Shown here piece by piece: positions 17,228 to 26,963 of a stretch of 31,720 nucleotides of DNA. The position numbers and the translations under genes were made by a program. The DNA comes from an uncultured archaeon (lineage in GTDB: Archaea; Asgardarchaeota; Lokiarchaeia; Sigyniarchaeales; SOKP01), in NCBI GenBank assembly GCA_964508365.1, contig CAZDTP010000038.1, positions 1-31,720 of the forward strand, in the 5' to 3' direction. The notes beneath the pieces were generated by a model. The model was not told the DNA's origin, ran no database searches, and saw only the letters and a list, made by a program, of their open reading frames with translations. Numbering within the stretch: the stretch's first letter is position 1; the number at the start of each line of letters is the position of its first letter.

Positions 17228-18961
17228 ATGGAGATTATAGGCAAGAAAGAATTACAGTTCTATAAAAGAATGATAATATTAATCATTCTGTTAGTGATGT
17301 CTCTTTCTTATTTAGTTTATGATAAATCCGTAAGTTATACACGATATGAAAGGATCGATTTTCAATCTTCGGGTGCGACTTTATATGCAAATTTATATTT
17401 TCCATCTAAGAGTCTGGGATTTCAAGAAAAAAGACCCCTATTAATTTATTGTCACGGAATCGGTAGCCAAAGAGATTTTGATTTGAGGATTCCAATCGAG
17501 TTTTCTAAAAGAGGTTTTTATGTAGCAGCTTTGGATTACCAAGGTCATGGAGAGAGTGGGGGAAATATCTTAGACATTGATCCAATCACTAATAAACCAG
17601 CTCTTGCTCAAGACTGTTCAAACCTTTTAGATCAACTTGAGACATTACCCTTTTATTCAAGTGTAAATACTTCTCAGATTGGCCTGATTGGACATTCTTT
17701 AGGAGGATTTGTGGTTCTTATGAATCAAGCGTTAGATTCTCGTTTCAATATTACAGTTACTTGGGCTCCTTTAGTGAATTTTGACCCCAATCAAATCCGG
17801 GTCATTCAACAAGGATACGAACAATATATCCCTGCTAATCTTCTTAATAAAACTAACACGAATAATCTATTAATCATAATGCATGTTAACGACGAGGTAT
17901 TAGATTACGCAGATCAAGCATTAGTGGCGCAAAATTTAACTGATTGTGAAGTAATTCCTATAACGGGACCACTGATAGGAGGTGGACACCAATTATTCTC
18001 GGATGTCGTCATTATCGAATCAATCAAATGGTTTGAACTAAATTTTTTCAATTCAATTTCTCTCAACGGACCGATAAAGATAACCTTTATCGTAAATTAC
18101 ATTATAATATTTATTACTCTAATTTTATTAGTCTTTATCGTACTTTCATTGATTTCTTACACCTCTAAATTTATTCCTTACAAAATAGAGGTCCCACCTG
18201 TCGAAGTCGTTAGAACTGGAACTACTTTATCAAAAATTAAAGACAAAGCGATAAAATTTAAGCAAATTTTAAAAATTGTGTTCTATACAACCATTTTTCT
18301 TCTTAATTGGGAGATTTTTGAAAGAATTTTTGGTCTTGGGGGTATTTTTTTAGCTTCGCTTAATATTACTTTAATATATTTTACTATTAAGATAATACTC
18401 TACTTGCGAAAATTAAAGGAAGATGAAGTAAAATTTGATTTAAACCAGATTAAAACTCTAATCAAATCAGAGTTCCAGTTAAAATATTTATTATATGCAA
18501 TTGTATGTAATCTCTATTTTATAGCCATATATGTGATCTTCAGTTATTTCTATCCATTTGCATTTATGTGGCCTTCCAATTTTCTTAACACAGTTCTAGC
18601 AGCTGCTGTGGCTTTCCCAGTATATTTTTCTCTGGAATTATTATACAGAAAAGCTATATATCCACAATTAAGTTTTTTAAAAGACGAACGCAAAAAAACA
18701 ATTTGGATAATAATTATAGCTGTGTATGTGCATATCAATTTGATGACATTAACATGGACTTGGGCATTCTTCCCTTCTGTTATATTCATGTACTTAATAT
18801 TCCTATATGCAATTATTCAGAATACATTAATATATGAAAATACCCAACGATTTAGCACAGTAATCTTAAGTTCATTTCTATTAGTTCAACTTTTCTTCGC
18901 TGCTGTAGTCTCTAACGCGTTAGGTGTTGGCTCTGCTTTACAATTATTTGTTCAATTATAA
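17228..18961 (+). CDS. Alpha/beta hydrolase with N-terminal anchor and multi-pass C-terminal membrane domain
   Basis: CHGIG, DYQGHGESGG, nucleophile GHSLGG, putative Asp (VNDEVL) and His (GGHQL); hydrophobic C-terminal half. Confidence 0.88.
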   Translation: MEIIGKKELQFYKRMIILIILLVMSLSYLVYDKSVSYTRYERIDFQSSGATLYANLYFPSKSLGFQEKRPLLIYCHGIGSQRDFDLRIPIEFSKRGFYVAALDYQGHGESGGNILDIDPITNKPALAQDCSNLLDQLETLPFYSSVNTSQIGLIGHSLGGFVVLMNQALDSRFNITVTWAPLVNFDPNQIRVIQQGYEQYIPANLLNKTNTNNLLIIMHVNDEVLDYADQALVAQNLTDCEVIPITGPLIGGGHQLFSDVVIIESIKWFELNFFNSISLNGPIKITFIVNYIIIFITLILLVFIVLSLISYTSKFIPYKIEVPPVEVVRTGTTLSKIKDKAIKFKQILKIVFYTTIFLLNWEIFERIFGLGGIFLASLNITLIYFTIKIILYLRKLKEDEVKFDLNQIKTLIKSEFQLKYLLYAIVCNLYFIAIYVIFSYFYPFAFMWPSNFLNTVLAAAVAFPVYFSLELLYRKAIYPQLSFLKDERKKTIWIIIIAVYVHINLMTLTWTWAFFPSVIFMYLIFLYAIIQNTLIYENTQRFSTVILSSFLLVQLFFAAVVSNALGVGSALQLFVQL

Positions 18962-18983
18962 ATACAGAAGAATTAAATTTTTG

Positions 18984-18992
18984 TTTTTTTTT
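18984..18992 (+). terminator. T9 tract downstream of the hydrolase gene
   Basis: TTTTTGTTTTTTTTT about 20 nt after the stop. Confidence 0.4.
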
Positions 18993-19103
18993 ATTTGGGT
19001 TTCATATCCAAATCTTTAATTAAGTATTAGTAATTACTATAAAACAATTTTTATAAAATTATAAAATAAATAAACTATCAACCCCATTACAACGGATTTC
19101 AAA

Positions 19104-20348
19104 ATGTCTGCGAAAGAACAATCAAATGGTTTACCTACAAAAAGGAGAAGACTAATATTCGGTGTTTCAATTCCTGTTTTCTTAATGGGATTAGTATCCT
19201 TATTTACCGATATTTCTAGCGAAAGTATTCAAAGTATTTTACCACTATTCATATTCGAGATTGGTGGTAGCACTTTAGTTTTAGGAATAATCTCCGGAAT
19301 CACTAATGCTATAGCAAATATCCTCAAAGGAGTAACTGGATGGATGAGTGATAAAATTAACAAAAGAAAACCTTTTATAGTGGCAGGATATTCATTGTCA
19401 AATCTTTCGAAACCATTAATTGGGTTGAGTTCCTCATGGGAAATGGTATTAGGTCTTAAAACAACAGATCGTATAGGTAAAGGTCTAAGAACTTCTTCAC
19501 GAGATGCTTTGATTTCTTATTACGCTGAAAAAAAAGGAAAAGCATTTGGATTGCATCGAGCAATGGATACTTTAGGTGCGGTTCTCGGATCTCTACTTGC
19601 TTTTATCTTATTGTTCTTTGCATGGACTTACTCGCAAATTATATTTTTTTCGATAATTCCTGGATTAATTGCTATTGCTCTTATTCTTCCAGTTAAAGAT
19701 ATTTCTCCTAGTGATTTAGTCAAAAAATCAGATATAATAAGCAAGAAAGAAAGAATGGAAAAAATAGATAAAAATTTTATAAAGTTAATTGTTATTCTTG
19801 GAGTTATTGAATTCGCAAGTTTAGATGTAGTATTCTTAATACTTAGGGCGGCAGATTATATTCCTTTAGATTTAATATATCTTATTCCAATATTTTATTT
19901 GATCTTAAATTTAGTCTATACCATTTTTTCCCCTATAAACGGTTCTCTCTCTGATAAAGTTGGAAGAAAGCCTATAATTGTTGTGGGATTGTCGATTTTA
20001 TTAGTGTCATGTATAATATTAGCGTTCCCCATTCAAGTTTCACCATTTTCAATATTTTTAATTATTATAATATATATCATGCACGGTTTTTATCTTGCTT
20101 CAGTAGATCCGATTTCGAGAGCATATATCGCAGATTTAGCAGGTAAAGATAAAAGAGGAAGAGCTTATGGATATTATTATTTCTCAGTTGGTTTCATTAG
20201 TATGGTTGAAGCTTTAGTTTTCGGATATATTTATGAAGTTTTCTCTTACACCTGGGCATTTTTGTATATTTCACTATTATTAGTAATATGTATTATTATC
20301 TTTACGATAACAGATTTTTCTAAAATAGTAAAAAAAGCAGAAAAGTAA
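19104..20348 (+). CDS. Major facilitator superfamily transporter
   Basis: About 12 TM segments; motif A GWMSDKINKRKP and GSLSDKVGRKP; GKAFGLHRAMDTLGA. Confidence 0.93.
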   Translation: MSAKEQSNGLPTKRRRLIFGVSIPVFLMGLVSLFTDISSESIQSILPLFIFEIGGSTLVLGIISGITNAIANILKGVTGWMSDKINKRKPFIVAGYSLSNLSKPLIGLSSSWEMVLGLKTTDRIGKGLRTSSRDALISYYAEKKGKAFGLHRAMDTLGAVLGSLLAFILLFFAWTYSQIIFFSIIPGLIAIALILPVKDISPSDLVKKSDIISKKERMEKIDKNFIKLIVILGVIEFASLDVVFLILRAADYIPLDLIYLIPIFYLILNLVYTIFSPINGSLSDKVGRKPIIVVGLSILLVSCIILAFPIQVSPFSIFLIIIIYIMHGFYLASVDPISRAYIADLAGKDKRGRAYGYYYFSVGFISMVEALVFGYIYEVFSYTWAFLYISLLLVICIIIFTITDFSKIVKKAEK

Positions 20349-20373
20349 AACTATTTTTTCTCTTAAATTGTAT

Positions 20374-21630
20374 TTAGGTGGATATCCATAATTCCGCTAA
20401 GTAGATTAAAACTTCTGAAGCTTTCTGCAATGCAAGCGTTGGAATATGTTCCTTCCTTGAGTGGAAAAGTAAACCTCCAGAGAAGATATTAGGGGTGGGT
20501 TTCCCCATTTCGCTTAATTTAGAACCATCGGTCCCTCCCCTAATCGCATGAATCTTAATATCCAGTCCAGCCATCTCTATAGCCTCTTTTGCTAAATCCA
20601 CAACTTCTTGTTTAGTTTCAATAAATCGATGCATATTCTTGTATTGATGTAGAAATTCTATATTTACTTTTAAACCAGGATATTGAAATTCGTACAATTC
20701 TCCTAGTTTTTGTAGGTATTCCATTCTCTTCTGATTATTTTTTTCCTCAAAATCCCTAATTGTTAGTATAGCATTTGCTTCTTCTACATTCCCACTCAAT
20801 TCTGATAAATAATAAAAACCTTCTTTTTCTTCTGTGTGTTCTGGTGACTCATAATCAGGTATTTCACTGAGATATCGACTTGCTATGTGTATTGCATTAA
20901 TTAGAAGATTTTTGGCGTAACCGGGATGTATACTAAGTCCTGTAAATTTAATTGTCGCTTTCCAGGCATCAAAGCATTCAAATTCTAATTCTCCCATTTC
21001 TGAACCATCTAATGTATAACAGAAATCAGGTAACCTTTCTATGTTTATTTTTGAAGTTCCTCTCCCAATTTCTTCATCAGGCGTAAAACATATTATAATT
21101 GGACCATGTTTTAATTCTGTAAATTTTTTCCAGGCCGCACAAGTGGCCATAATTTCTGCGATTCCAGCTTTATCATCTGCGCCTAGCAAAGTATCTCCTT
21201 CAGATGTAATTATATCTAAACCAACGTACTCTAATAGAATTGGAGAATCATCTATTGTTAGTTTAATATCTGGATTGCTCGCAAATTCTATTGGACTACC
21301 GTCATAATTTTTGTGAATAACGGGTTTTACATTTTGCCCGTTAACTGCTGGTGAGGTATCGATGTGAGCTATTAAGCCAATCGGTTTAACCTCCTCCAAT
21401 CCGATACTCGCAGGCAAATTACCATATACATATCCATACTCATCATGTACTACCTTTTCTAAGTTCAATTCCATTAATTCTGATGCCAAAATTTTTCCTA
21501 ATACAAATTGATTTTGCGATGATGGGTTTGATTGGGAATGTTCATCTGATGTAGTCCATATTTGAACATACCTAAGAAACCTATTTAGTGCTTCTTTCTG
21601 CAAGAATTCTTTTATTTCTTCCGATAACAA
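20374..21630 (-). CDS. pepT: Peptidase T (M20B tripeptidase)
   Basis: AHIDTS, LGADDKAGIAEI, FTPDEEIGRG, IRGGTDG, PTPNIFSGG.FHS; TTG start. Confidence 0.93.
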   Translation of the reverse strand: MLSEEIKEFLQKEALNRFLRYVQIWTTSDEHSQSNPSSQNQFVLGKILASELMELNLEKVVHDEYGYVYGNLPASIGLEEVKPIGLIAHIDTSPAVNGQNVKPVIHKNYDGSPIEFASNPDIKLTIDDSPILLEYVGLDIITSEGDTLLGADDKAGIAEIMATCAAWKKFTELKHGPIIICFTPDEEIGRGTSKINIERLPDFCYTLDGSEMGELEFECFDAWKATIKFTGLSIHPGYAKNLLINAIHIASRYLSEIPDYESPEHTEEKEGFYYLSELSGNVEEANAILTIRDFEEKNNQKRMEYLQKLGELYEFQYPGLKVNIEFLHQYKNMHRFIETKQEVVDLAKEAIEMAGLDIKIHAIRGGTDGSKLSEMGKPTPNIFSGGLLFHSRKEHIPTLALQKASEVLIYLAELWIST

Positions 21631-21695
21631 ATTAATCCCGTCTTGTATTGTAATAATACCTTCTAGAATTATTTTTACTATTATAACTTATTTAT

Positions 21696-22493
21696 TCATT
21701 TTCCCTTGAAAATTGGCTCTCTCTTTTCTTTAAAAGATTTCATACCTTCTCCAAAATCGTACGAAGCAATGTTTTTACAATATAATTTAAACTCGTGATT
21801 CAAAGAAGAAGTTAGTTCGTTATACTGAGAAAAGTTAAGCATATTTTTATTGTAACCTAAACATTTTGTAGGCAATTTTGCGATCGATCCTATAAACTCT
21901 TTAGATTTTGTCTTAAATTCTGAAAGGGGATAAACTTTGTTAACCAAACCAATTTCTTCTGCTTCAATTGCATCGAGTTGGCGTCCGGTTAAAATTATTT
22001 CTGTTGCTTTAGCGAAACCTATTAACCTAGGAAGTAACCAACTTGCTCCGCTCATTACACAGTGAGCTCGTTTAACTCGCTGGTCTCCAATCTTCAGATT
22101 ATCTGCCGCTACGCGAAAATCACAAGATAAGGCCAACTCGAACCCTGCCCCTAGACAATAACCTTGAAGTAATGCGATAACTGGTTTTTGAACTTCTCTA
22201 ATTAATTGAATTACTCGATGGTGCGGGAGTTTTGAACCGTCATCCAAAGGTTTAAACTTCACACCTTCAGGTCCCATACTCTTCAAATCATCACCAGAAC
22301 TAAATGATTGATCATTACCCTCAATAATAAAAACACGAATCGATTTATTCTTAAAGTATGTTTCCAAAATATCTATTATTTCCATTAATAAGGGATAATT
22401 TAGGGCGTTTAGTCGTTTTGGGCGATTTAAAGTAATGGTACCAATTCCTTCCTCGATTTTAAATACGATATAATCAAATTCTTTTTTTCCCAT
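21696..22493 (-). CDS. Enoyl-CoA hydratase/isomerase (crotonase) superfamily protein
   Basis: ITLNRPKRLNAL, FSSGDDL, KPVIALLQGYCLGAGFELALSCD, EAEEIGLVNKV, EGMKSFKEKREPIFKG. Confidence 0.92.
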   Translation of the reverse strand: MGKKEFDYIVFKIEEGIGTITLNRPKRLNALNYPLLMEIIDILETYFKNKSIRVFIIEGNDQSFSSGDDLKSMGPEGVKFKPLDDGSKLPHHRVIQLIREVQKPVIALLQGYCLGAGFELALSCDFRVAADNLKIGDQRVKRAHCVMSGASWLLPRLIGFAKATEIILTGRQLDAIEAEEIGLVNKVYPLSEFKTKSKEFIGSIAKLPTKCLGYNKNMLNFSQYNELTSSLNHEFKLYCKNIASYDFGEGMKSFKEKREPIFKGK

Positions 22494-22636
22494 AATTACA
22501 AACTCTTTGAAAACAGTTTTAATCTAATTTCTGTTTAAAATAATTTGTATTTTATAACTATAAATATCATTCTATCTGCCGAAAAATCTCAAAAATTCAG
22601 TAATCTAAAAAAAAAAGAAAAATTTGATTGCATTAA

Positions 22637-23242
22637 TTACCAAATTTCAAATTTAGCGTCTAACTTAGTCCCAAAAACAATTAAATAAGGAATTAATAGG
22701 TCCCAAATGCTAGTTAAAGCGTTTAGGAGGATTACTACTACTATCCATAATTGTAAACCCGAAGGGGGAAAACCCATTAGATTATATACCCATATATTTA
22801 GAATAACCATTACAATTATTCTAAAACCTGTTCCAAGCAAACCATAAGTTACGTAATTATTGACCTTCTTTAAAAATTGACTTTTTCGAATGCTTTCTTT
22901 GCGTTTAGTCAAGTTAAGTAGTAAAATGGGAATTATTATTAACGAAAATGTAGCTGAAAATTTCATTAATGGTCCAATCGGAGCAAAAGGATCAAAGGGC
23001 ATCAGAATTACTGATCCAATTCCGCAACACAATACTCCAGCTAAGGGACCAAATATTAGGAAGCATGTTACCCAGACGATTGATACTGGATCGAAGTAGG
23101 CAAATCCTTCTGGAGTTCGTGGTAAGTATGGAACTACAAAAATTGAGAGTATTAAGGAAAGAGCGCTGAATAATGCTGCTCCTGAAATTTGTAAAACGAA
23201 TTGGGACGATTTTGACATATGGGATTCTTTTTCTTCTAACAT
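22637..23242 (-). CDS. ECF transporter S-component-like membrane protein
   Basis: AALFSALSLIL, FDPVSIVWVTCFLIFGPLAGVL, IGPLMKF; 5-6 TM segments. Confidence 0.75.
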   Translation of the reverse strand: MLEEKESHMSKSSQFVLQISGAALFSALSLILSIFVVPYLPRTPEGFAYFDPVSIVWVTCFLIFGPLAGVLCCGIGSVILMPFDPFAPIGPLMKFSATFSLIIIPILLLNLTKRKESIRKSQFLKKVNNYVTYGLLGTGFRIIVMVILNIWVYNLMGFPPSGLQLWIVVVILLNALTSIWDLLIPYLIVFGTKLDAKFEIW

Positions 23243-23483
23243 CTGCTTGCTTGTTTATTATTAATTTAAATAGTACTAATTAAAGGAGTAAATATAAAAT
23301 TAAATTTAAACAAATGGTTAATGGTTTTTCTTCTGTTTATGAGAATTATATCCAAATTGGGTAAAAATTAACTCGGATGATCAGAAAGATGGGTTTAATT
23401 TCTTGGATTTATATAATTACTTTAAAATACTTAATATAATGATATAGATATTCCATTTAATTAATGCACACATCTACTTAAAT

Positions 23484-23501
23484 TTGGAGTTATATCTCCA
23501 A
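23484..23501 (-). terminator. Short hairpin just after the rfcL stop
   Basis: TTGGAG-ttatat-CTCCAA, about 10 nt downstream of the stop. Confidence 0.3.
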
Positions 23502-23510
23502 TTATCAATT

Positions 23511-24872
23511 TCATTTCAATAATTTTTTCTCGTTCGCATCAAATTCAAACCAATCGCTTAATTCCTTTAGTTGTTTTCTTGATGTTCCGCTTAATAATTT
23601 TAAAAAAGGAATAAAATCTTGGACGGCTTCAATTTCTGATACTTTGTACTTTTTTTGGATTTTTTCTACTACTACCCTTTCGATTACTGATAATGAAAAA
23701 AAACCAGTTGAAGTGAATCTTGGAAACATAATTCTATGAAAACTTTCGTCAGGAGGTCTATGTTTTCTAGAGAGAACAACACCTCCAGCAAAAAGATCGT
23801 AAAAATATGGTAAAAGCGACCAATATTGGTTTTTACGGATTCTTCCAAAAATTTCGTCTGCCAACGAAAGATTTTCGTAAGCATTAACTATTTCACTATT
23901 TAGTCTTATATAAGAAGTGAGGTTTTCGTTAATCCACTTGTATAAAAAATTGTAATCTACATCTGATTTATTAGTTAAATTTCGAGCTTCCTTTAATGTA
24001 TTTACATTTTGAAACAAATTTTTGATTAGAGAAAAGATTTCTTCTGTGCTATCTCTGTTCAAATTTAAAATTAGCTCTTTAGTGTTTTTATTTAAGGAGC
24101 CTTGGCTAATACCTTGTAAGTCGTTAATAACACCTCGTAAGTCTCCTTCGTTTTTTTCGATAATTAAATTTAATTCTTTTTCGCTTATACCCGAAATTTT
24201 TTCTTTGAAAATAATCTTTCGGGTAATCTTCAATACTTCCTCATCCGGTAATGGATTTACTTCATATTTTTTAATTTTATTGTAAAGCGATTGAAGATTT
24301 TGTTTGTAATCATTAGAACACATTATGATTGGAAATTGAGTGTTTTCAATTAGGCTTAATATCGTTGGGACGGCGCCTCTATCAGTAACTCCATATAATC
24401 CATCAATTTCATCAATCAAAATTAGTTTCTTTTTGCTTTGAACAATAAAATCCATAATTCCACGAGATTTTGTAGTTTCTCTCAATTTAGATTCTAAAGC
24501 TCCCTTAGTTCGAGTATCTGAAGCGTTCGTTTCAATTATGTCCATATTTAAATCGTTAGCCAAAGCATATGCTATCGTTGTTTTACCAATCCCTGGAGGT
24601 CCTTCAAGTAAAACCGCTGCTTTATCAAGGGGTAGTGTCTTCTCTTCTTGATAATCTTTTTCTTCGTGGGTTCGATTGTATGTTCTTATTTTTCGGTTTA
24701 CATCATTCAATTTTTGTTTTTCTTTAAAAAATGAGATTACAAACTTCTTTAAATCTTCAATTAAATCGACTTTCTGTCTACCTACTTTAGCTGTTGGAAA
24801 TGCCATATCTTTGGTGAATCGGGGTCTGTACTTTTCTACCCATGGCATTTTCTCTGTATTTTGTGCTACCAT
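23511..24872 (-). CDS. rfcL: Replication factor C large subunit
   Basis: MPWVEKYRP, GPPGIGKTT, IETNASDTRT, ILIDEIDGL, EGDLRGVINDLQ, WSLLPY. Start reassigned to ATG 24872 (SD AGGTGA; the track GTG is part of the SD). Confidence 0.95.
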   Translation of the reverse strand: MVAQNTEKMPWVEKYRPRFTKDMAFPTAKVGRQKVDLIEDLKKFVISFFKEKQKLNDVNRKIRTYNRTHEEKDYQEEKTLPLDKAAVLLEGPPGIGKTTIAYALANDLNMDIIETNASDTRTKGALESKLRETTKSRGIMDFIVQSKKKLILIDEIDGLYGVTDRGAVPTILSLIENTQFPIIMCSNDYKQNLQSLYNKIKKYEVNPLPDEEVLKITRKIIFKEKISGISEKELNLIIEKNEGDLRGVINDLQGISQGSLNKNTKELILNLNRDSTEEIFSLIKNLFQNVNTLKEARNLTNKSDVDYNFLYKWINENLTSYIRLNSEIVNAYENLSLADEIFGRIRKNQYWSLLPYFYDLFAGGVVLSRKHRPPDESFHRIMFPRFTSTGFFSLSVIERVVVEKIQKKYKVSEIEAVQDFIPFLKLLSGTSRKQLKELSDWFEFDANEKKLLK

Positions 24873-24881
24873 AAAACTCAC

Positions 24882-25928
24882 CTATAATACTTCTGAAAAT
24901 TGACAAATTTTGGCCAATAAATTTGATATTTGAATATCAGTGTCCCTCCCGTCAATTGCTCTAAAATCTGCTTCAGCTAAGAGATTTATTAATTTTATTC
25001 TTGAGTAGGTGCTAAATGGCAGTTTCGCTAGCTCATTTAACATTATTTGAAACATTTCTTGCGAAGTAAATTTATAACTGGATTGAATTTTGCGCGATAA
25101 TTCTCTTGCTTTACGAAAATCTCCTTTAAAGCACATTATTAGAAGACTTTTAATCATATCATTTTTAGAATTCGAAAAATTTTCATACAATTTGTCAACA
25201 TCGATATCATTTCCACTGATAGAACAGATTTGTAACAAATCTATAGCATTTGATAATTTGCCTGTTGTTATCTCATAAAGAGCTCTAATTGTTTCTTTAT
25301 CAATTTTTAAAGCTTCTTTCTCAGCTATAGTTGATATTAGCTCCTCAAACGATTGGAAGTCAATTTGCGATATTAAGAAAACTTGACATCTACTCATAAT
25401 AGGATCTATTATCTTTGACACCTTCGTAGTTATCAAAATCATTCTACAATTCGTTCCGTAAATTTCCATTAATCTACGGAATGCTTGCTGATTCGAACCT
25501 AATGAGTCGAATTCTTTTACTATTAAAATTTTAAAAGGGACATCCCCTAAAACTTTTAATTGCACAAAAGGTTTAATCTTTACCCGAATAAAAGCGGGAG
25601 TCGTGTTTTTTTTCCCAGCTAGGCTTCCTATTTTGTTTGTGGATACATATGCTTCTGATCGAGCCTGTTTCGTCTCTTCGTTCGTTAAAGGAACATTAGC
25701 GTATACTAATTTTGAATTTGCGTCGTAAAATCTCCCCAAGAATTCTTTTGAGAACAAATCTGCAATAGTCGTTTTACCAATACCTTTTGAACCAACGAAT
25801 AACAAGTGAGGAAAATTCCTATCGTTAATTAAGTCCTTGAGCCTTTCTTTGATGTCGTTTCGGCCACAAATCTCGTTTAAGGTTTTAGGCAGATATTTAA
25901 TACGCCAGATGGGGCTTTCTGAAAGCAA
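24882..25928 (-). CDS. rfcS: Divergent RFC small subunit 2 (degenerate Walker B, intact SRC arginine finger)
   Basis: WRIKYLP, PHLLFVGSKGIGKTT, FKILIVKEFD (DE to KE), QQAFRRLME, DPIMSRC; C-terminal LAEADFRAIDGRDTDIQI. Confidence 0.9.
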   Translation of the reverse strand: MLSESPIWRIKYLPKTLNEICGRNDIKERLKDLINDRNFPHLLFVGSKGIGKTTIADLFSKEFLGRFYDANSKLVYANVPLTNEETKQARSEAYVSTNKIGSLAGKKNTTPAFIRVKIKPFVQLKVLGDVPFKILIVKEFDSLGSNQQAFRRLMEIYGTNCRMILITTKVSKIIDPIMSRCQVFLISQIDFQSFEELISTIAEKEALKIDKETIRALYEITTGKLSNAIDLLQICSISGNDIDVDKLYENFSNSKNDMIKSLLIMCFKGDFRKARELSRKIQSSYKFTSQEMFQIMLNELAKLPFSTYSRIKLINLLAEADFRAIDGRDTDIQISNLLAKICQFSEVL

Positions 25929-25953
25929 ACTCTTCTCATCCTCATTTTAACTA

Positions 25954-26955
25954 TTATATTTCTTTGCTAACACTTTTTATCAAATGACTTATTAACGACA
26001 TTAATTGGATTCTTTCGTCTGCTCCCTGGCTTATTCTATAGTCAACATCTCCAATGTACGATAATATCTTATTTAAATATCCTGGTTGAATCTCCAATTC
26101 ATTTAGTCTTCCAATAATTTGTCTTAGAAAGTTCCTAGCATCCAAATTTTCAACTGTTTCTAATGTTTTTCTCGAACTAATTAAATCTTTAGTTTTAATA
26201 TTTTCCAATAATTCATTTAAAGTTGAATTGTCTAAAAACCCCGAAACCTTTAAAATTTCGTTAGAATCTAAATTTTTTAATAATTCCATAGCAACTGACA
26301 TCTGTAAAGTATTAATTGCTTTTCTTAAATCGCCACCTGATATAAAAAAAAGAGTCTCATAAAAAAGAATTTCCTGTGTTTGAGGGAGATTAAGATTCTC
26401 TTTTTTTACGATAAATCTTAGACGTTGTATGACTTTATCCTTAGATAGGTTAGTAAATCTAAATACTGCGCATCTCGATATAATAGGATCAATTATTCTA
26501 TTGATATAATTACACATTAATATAAATTTAACATTTAAAGATGCTTTCTCAATAATTCTCCGTAGTGCTTGCTGAACTTGATTTGGGATATTATCCGCTT
26601 CGTCTAAAATAATAATTTTCAAAGCATCTTTCTTAAGAGTTAAGTTCTGCGAAACAAAATTTTTTATAACGCTTCGAACATAGTCCATTCTTACTGTGTC
26701 TGAAGCATTTAGCTCTAATACATTAGAGAAATAGTTTTCTTTTTTGATCACATGTTTAGCTATTATTAAAGCTGTGCTAGTCTTTCCTGTCCCTGCAGGA
26801 CCGGTAAAAATCATATGGGGCATGTTCTTTTTTGACACATACTCCTTTAGATTATTAATAGCGATACTCTGACTTACTACTTCATCAAAAGATGTAGGCC
26901 TGTATTTTTCTACCCATGGTGATTCTAAATCAATCAAAGTGTACCCATTATTCAA
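25954..26955 (-). CDS. rfcS: Canonical RFC small subunit 1
   Basis: PWVEKYRP, GPAGTGKT, LELNASD, IIILDEAD, QQALRRIIE, PIISRC, GDLRKAINTLQ. Confidence 0.96.
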   Translation of the reverse strand: MNNGYTLIDLESPWVEKYRPTSFDEVVSQSIAINNLKEYVSKKNMPHMIFTGPAGTGKTSTALIIAKHVIKKENYFSNVLELNASDTVRMDYVRSVIKNFVSQNLTLKKDALKIIILDEADNIPNQVQQALRRIIEKASLNVKFILMCNYINRIIDPIISRCAVFRFTNLSKDKVIQRLRFIVKKENLNLPQTQEILFYETLFFISGGDLRKAINTLQMSVAMELLKNLDSNEILKVSGFLDNSTLNELLENIKTKDLISSRKTLETVENLDARNFLRQIIGRLNELEIQPGYLNKILSYIGDVDYRISQGADERIQLMSLISHLIKSVSKEI

Positions 26956-26963
26956 TTATGTTT

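Noticed and set aside
23243-23510. Riboswitch or ncRNA upstream of the ECF S component
   Set aside because: Very AT-rich; I found no TPP, FMN, cobalamin or other aptamer core and no stable stems. An Infernal/Rfam scan would settle it.
2881-25278. Remaining short overlapping track ORFs (2881, 9368, 9779, 11826, 13869, 16075, 18550, 21041, 22890, 22969, 23684, 24022, 24676, 25090)
   Set aside because: Each overlaps a well-supported gene, on the opposite strand or in another frame, and has no motif of its own.
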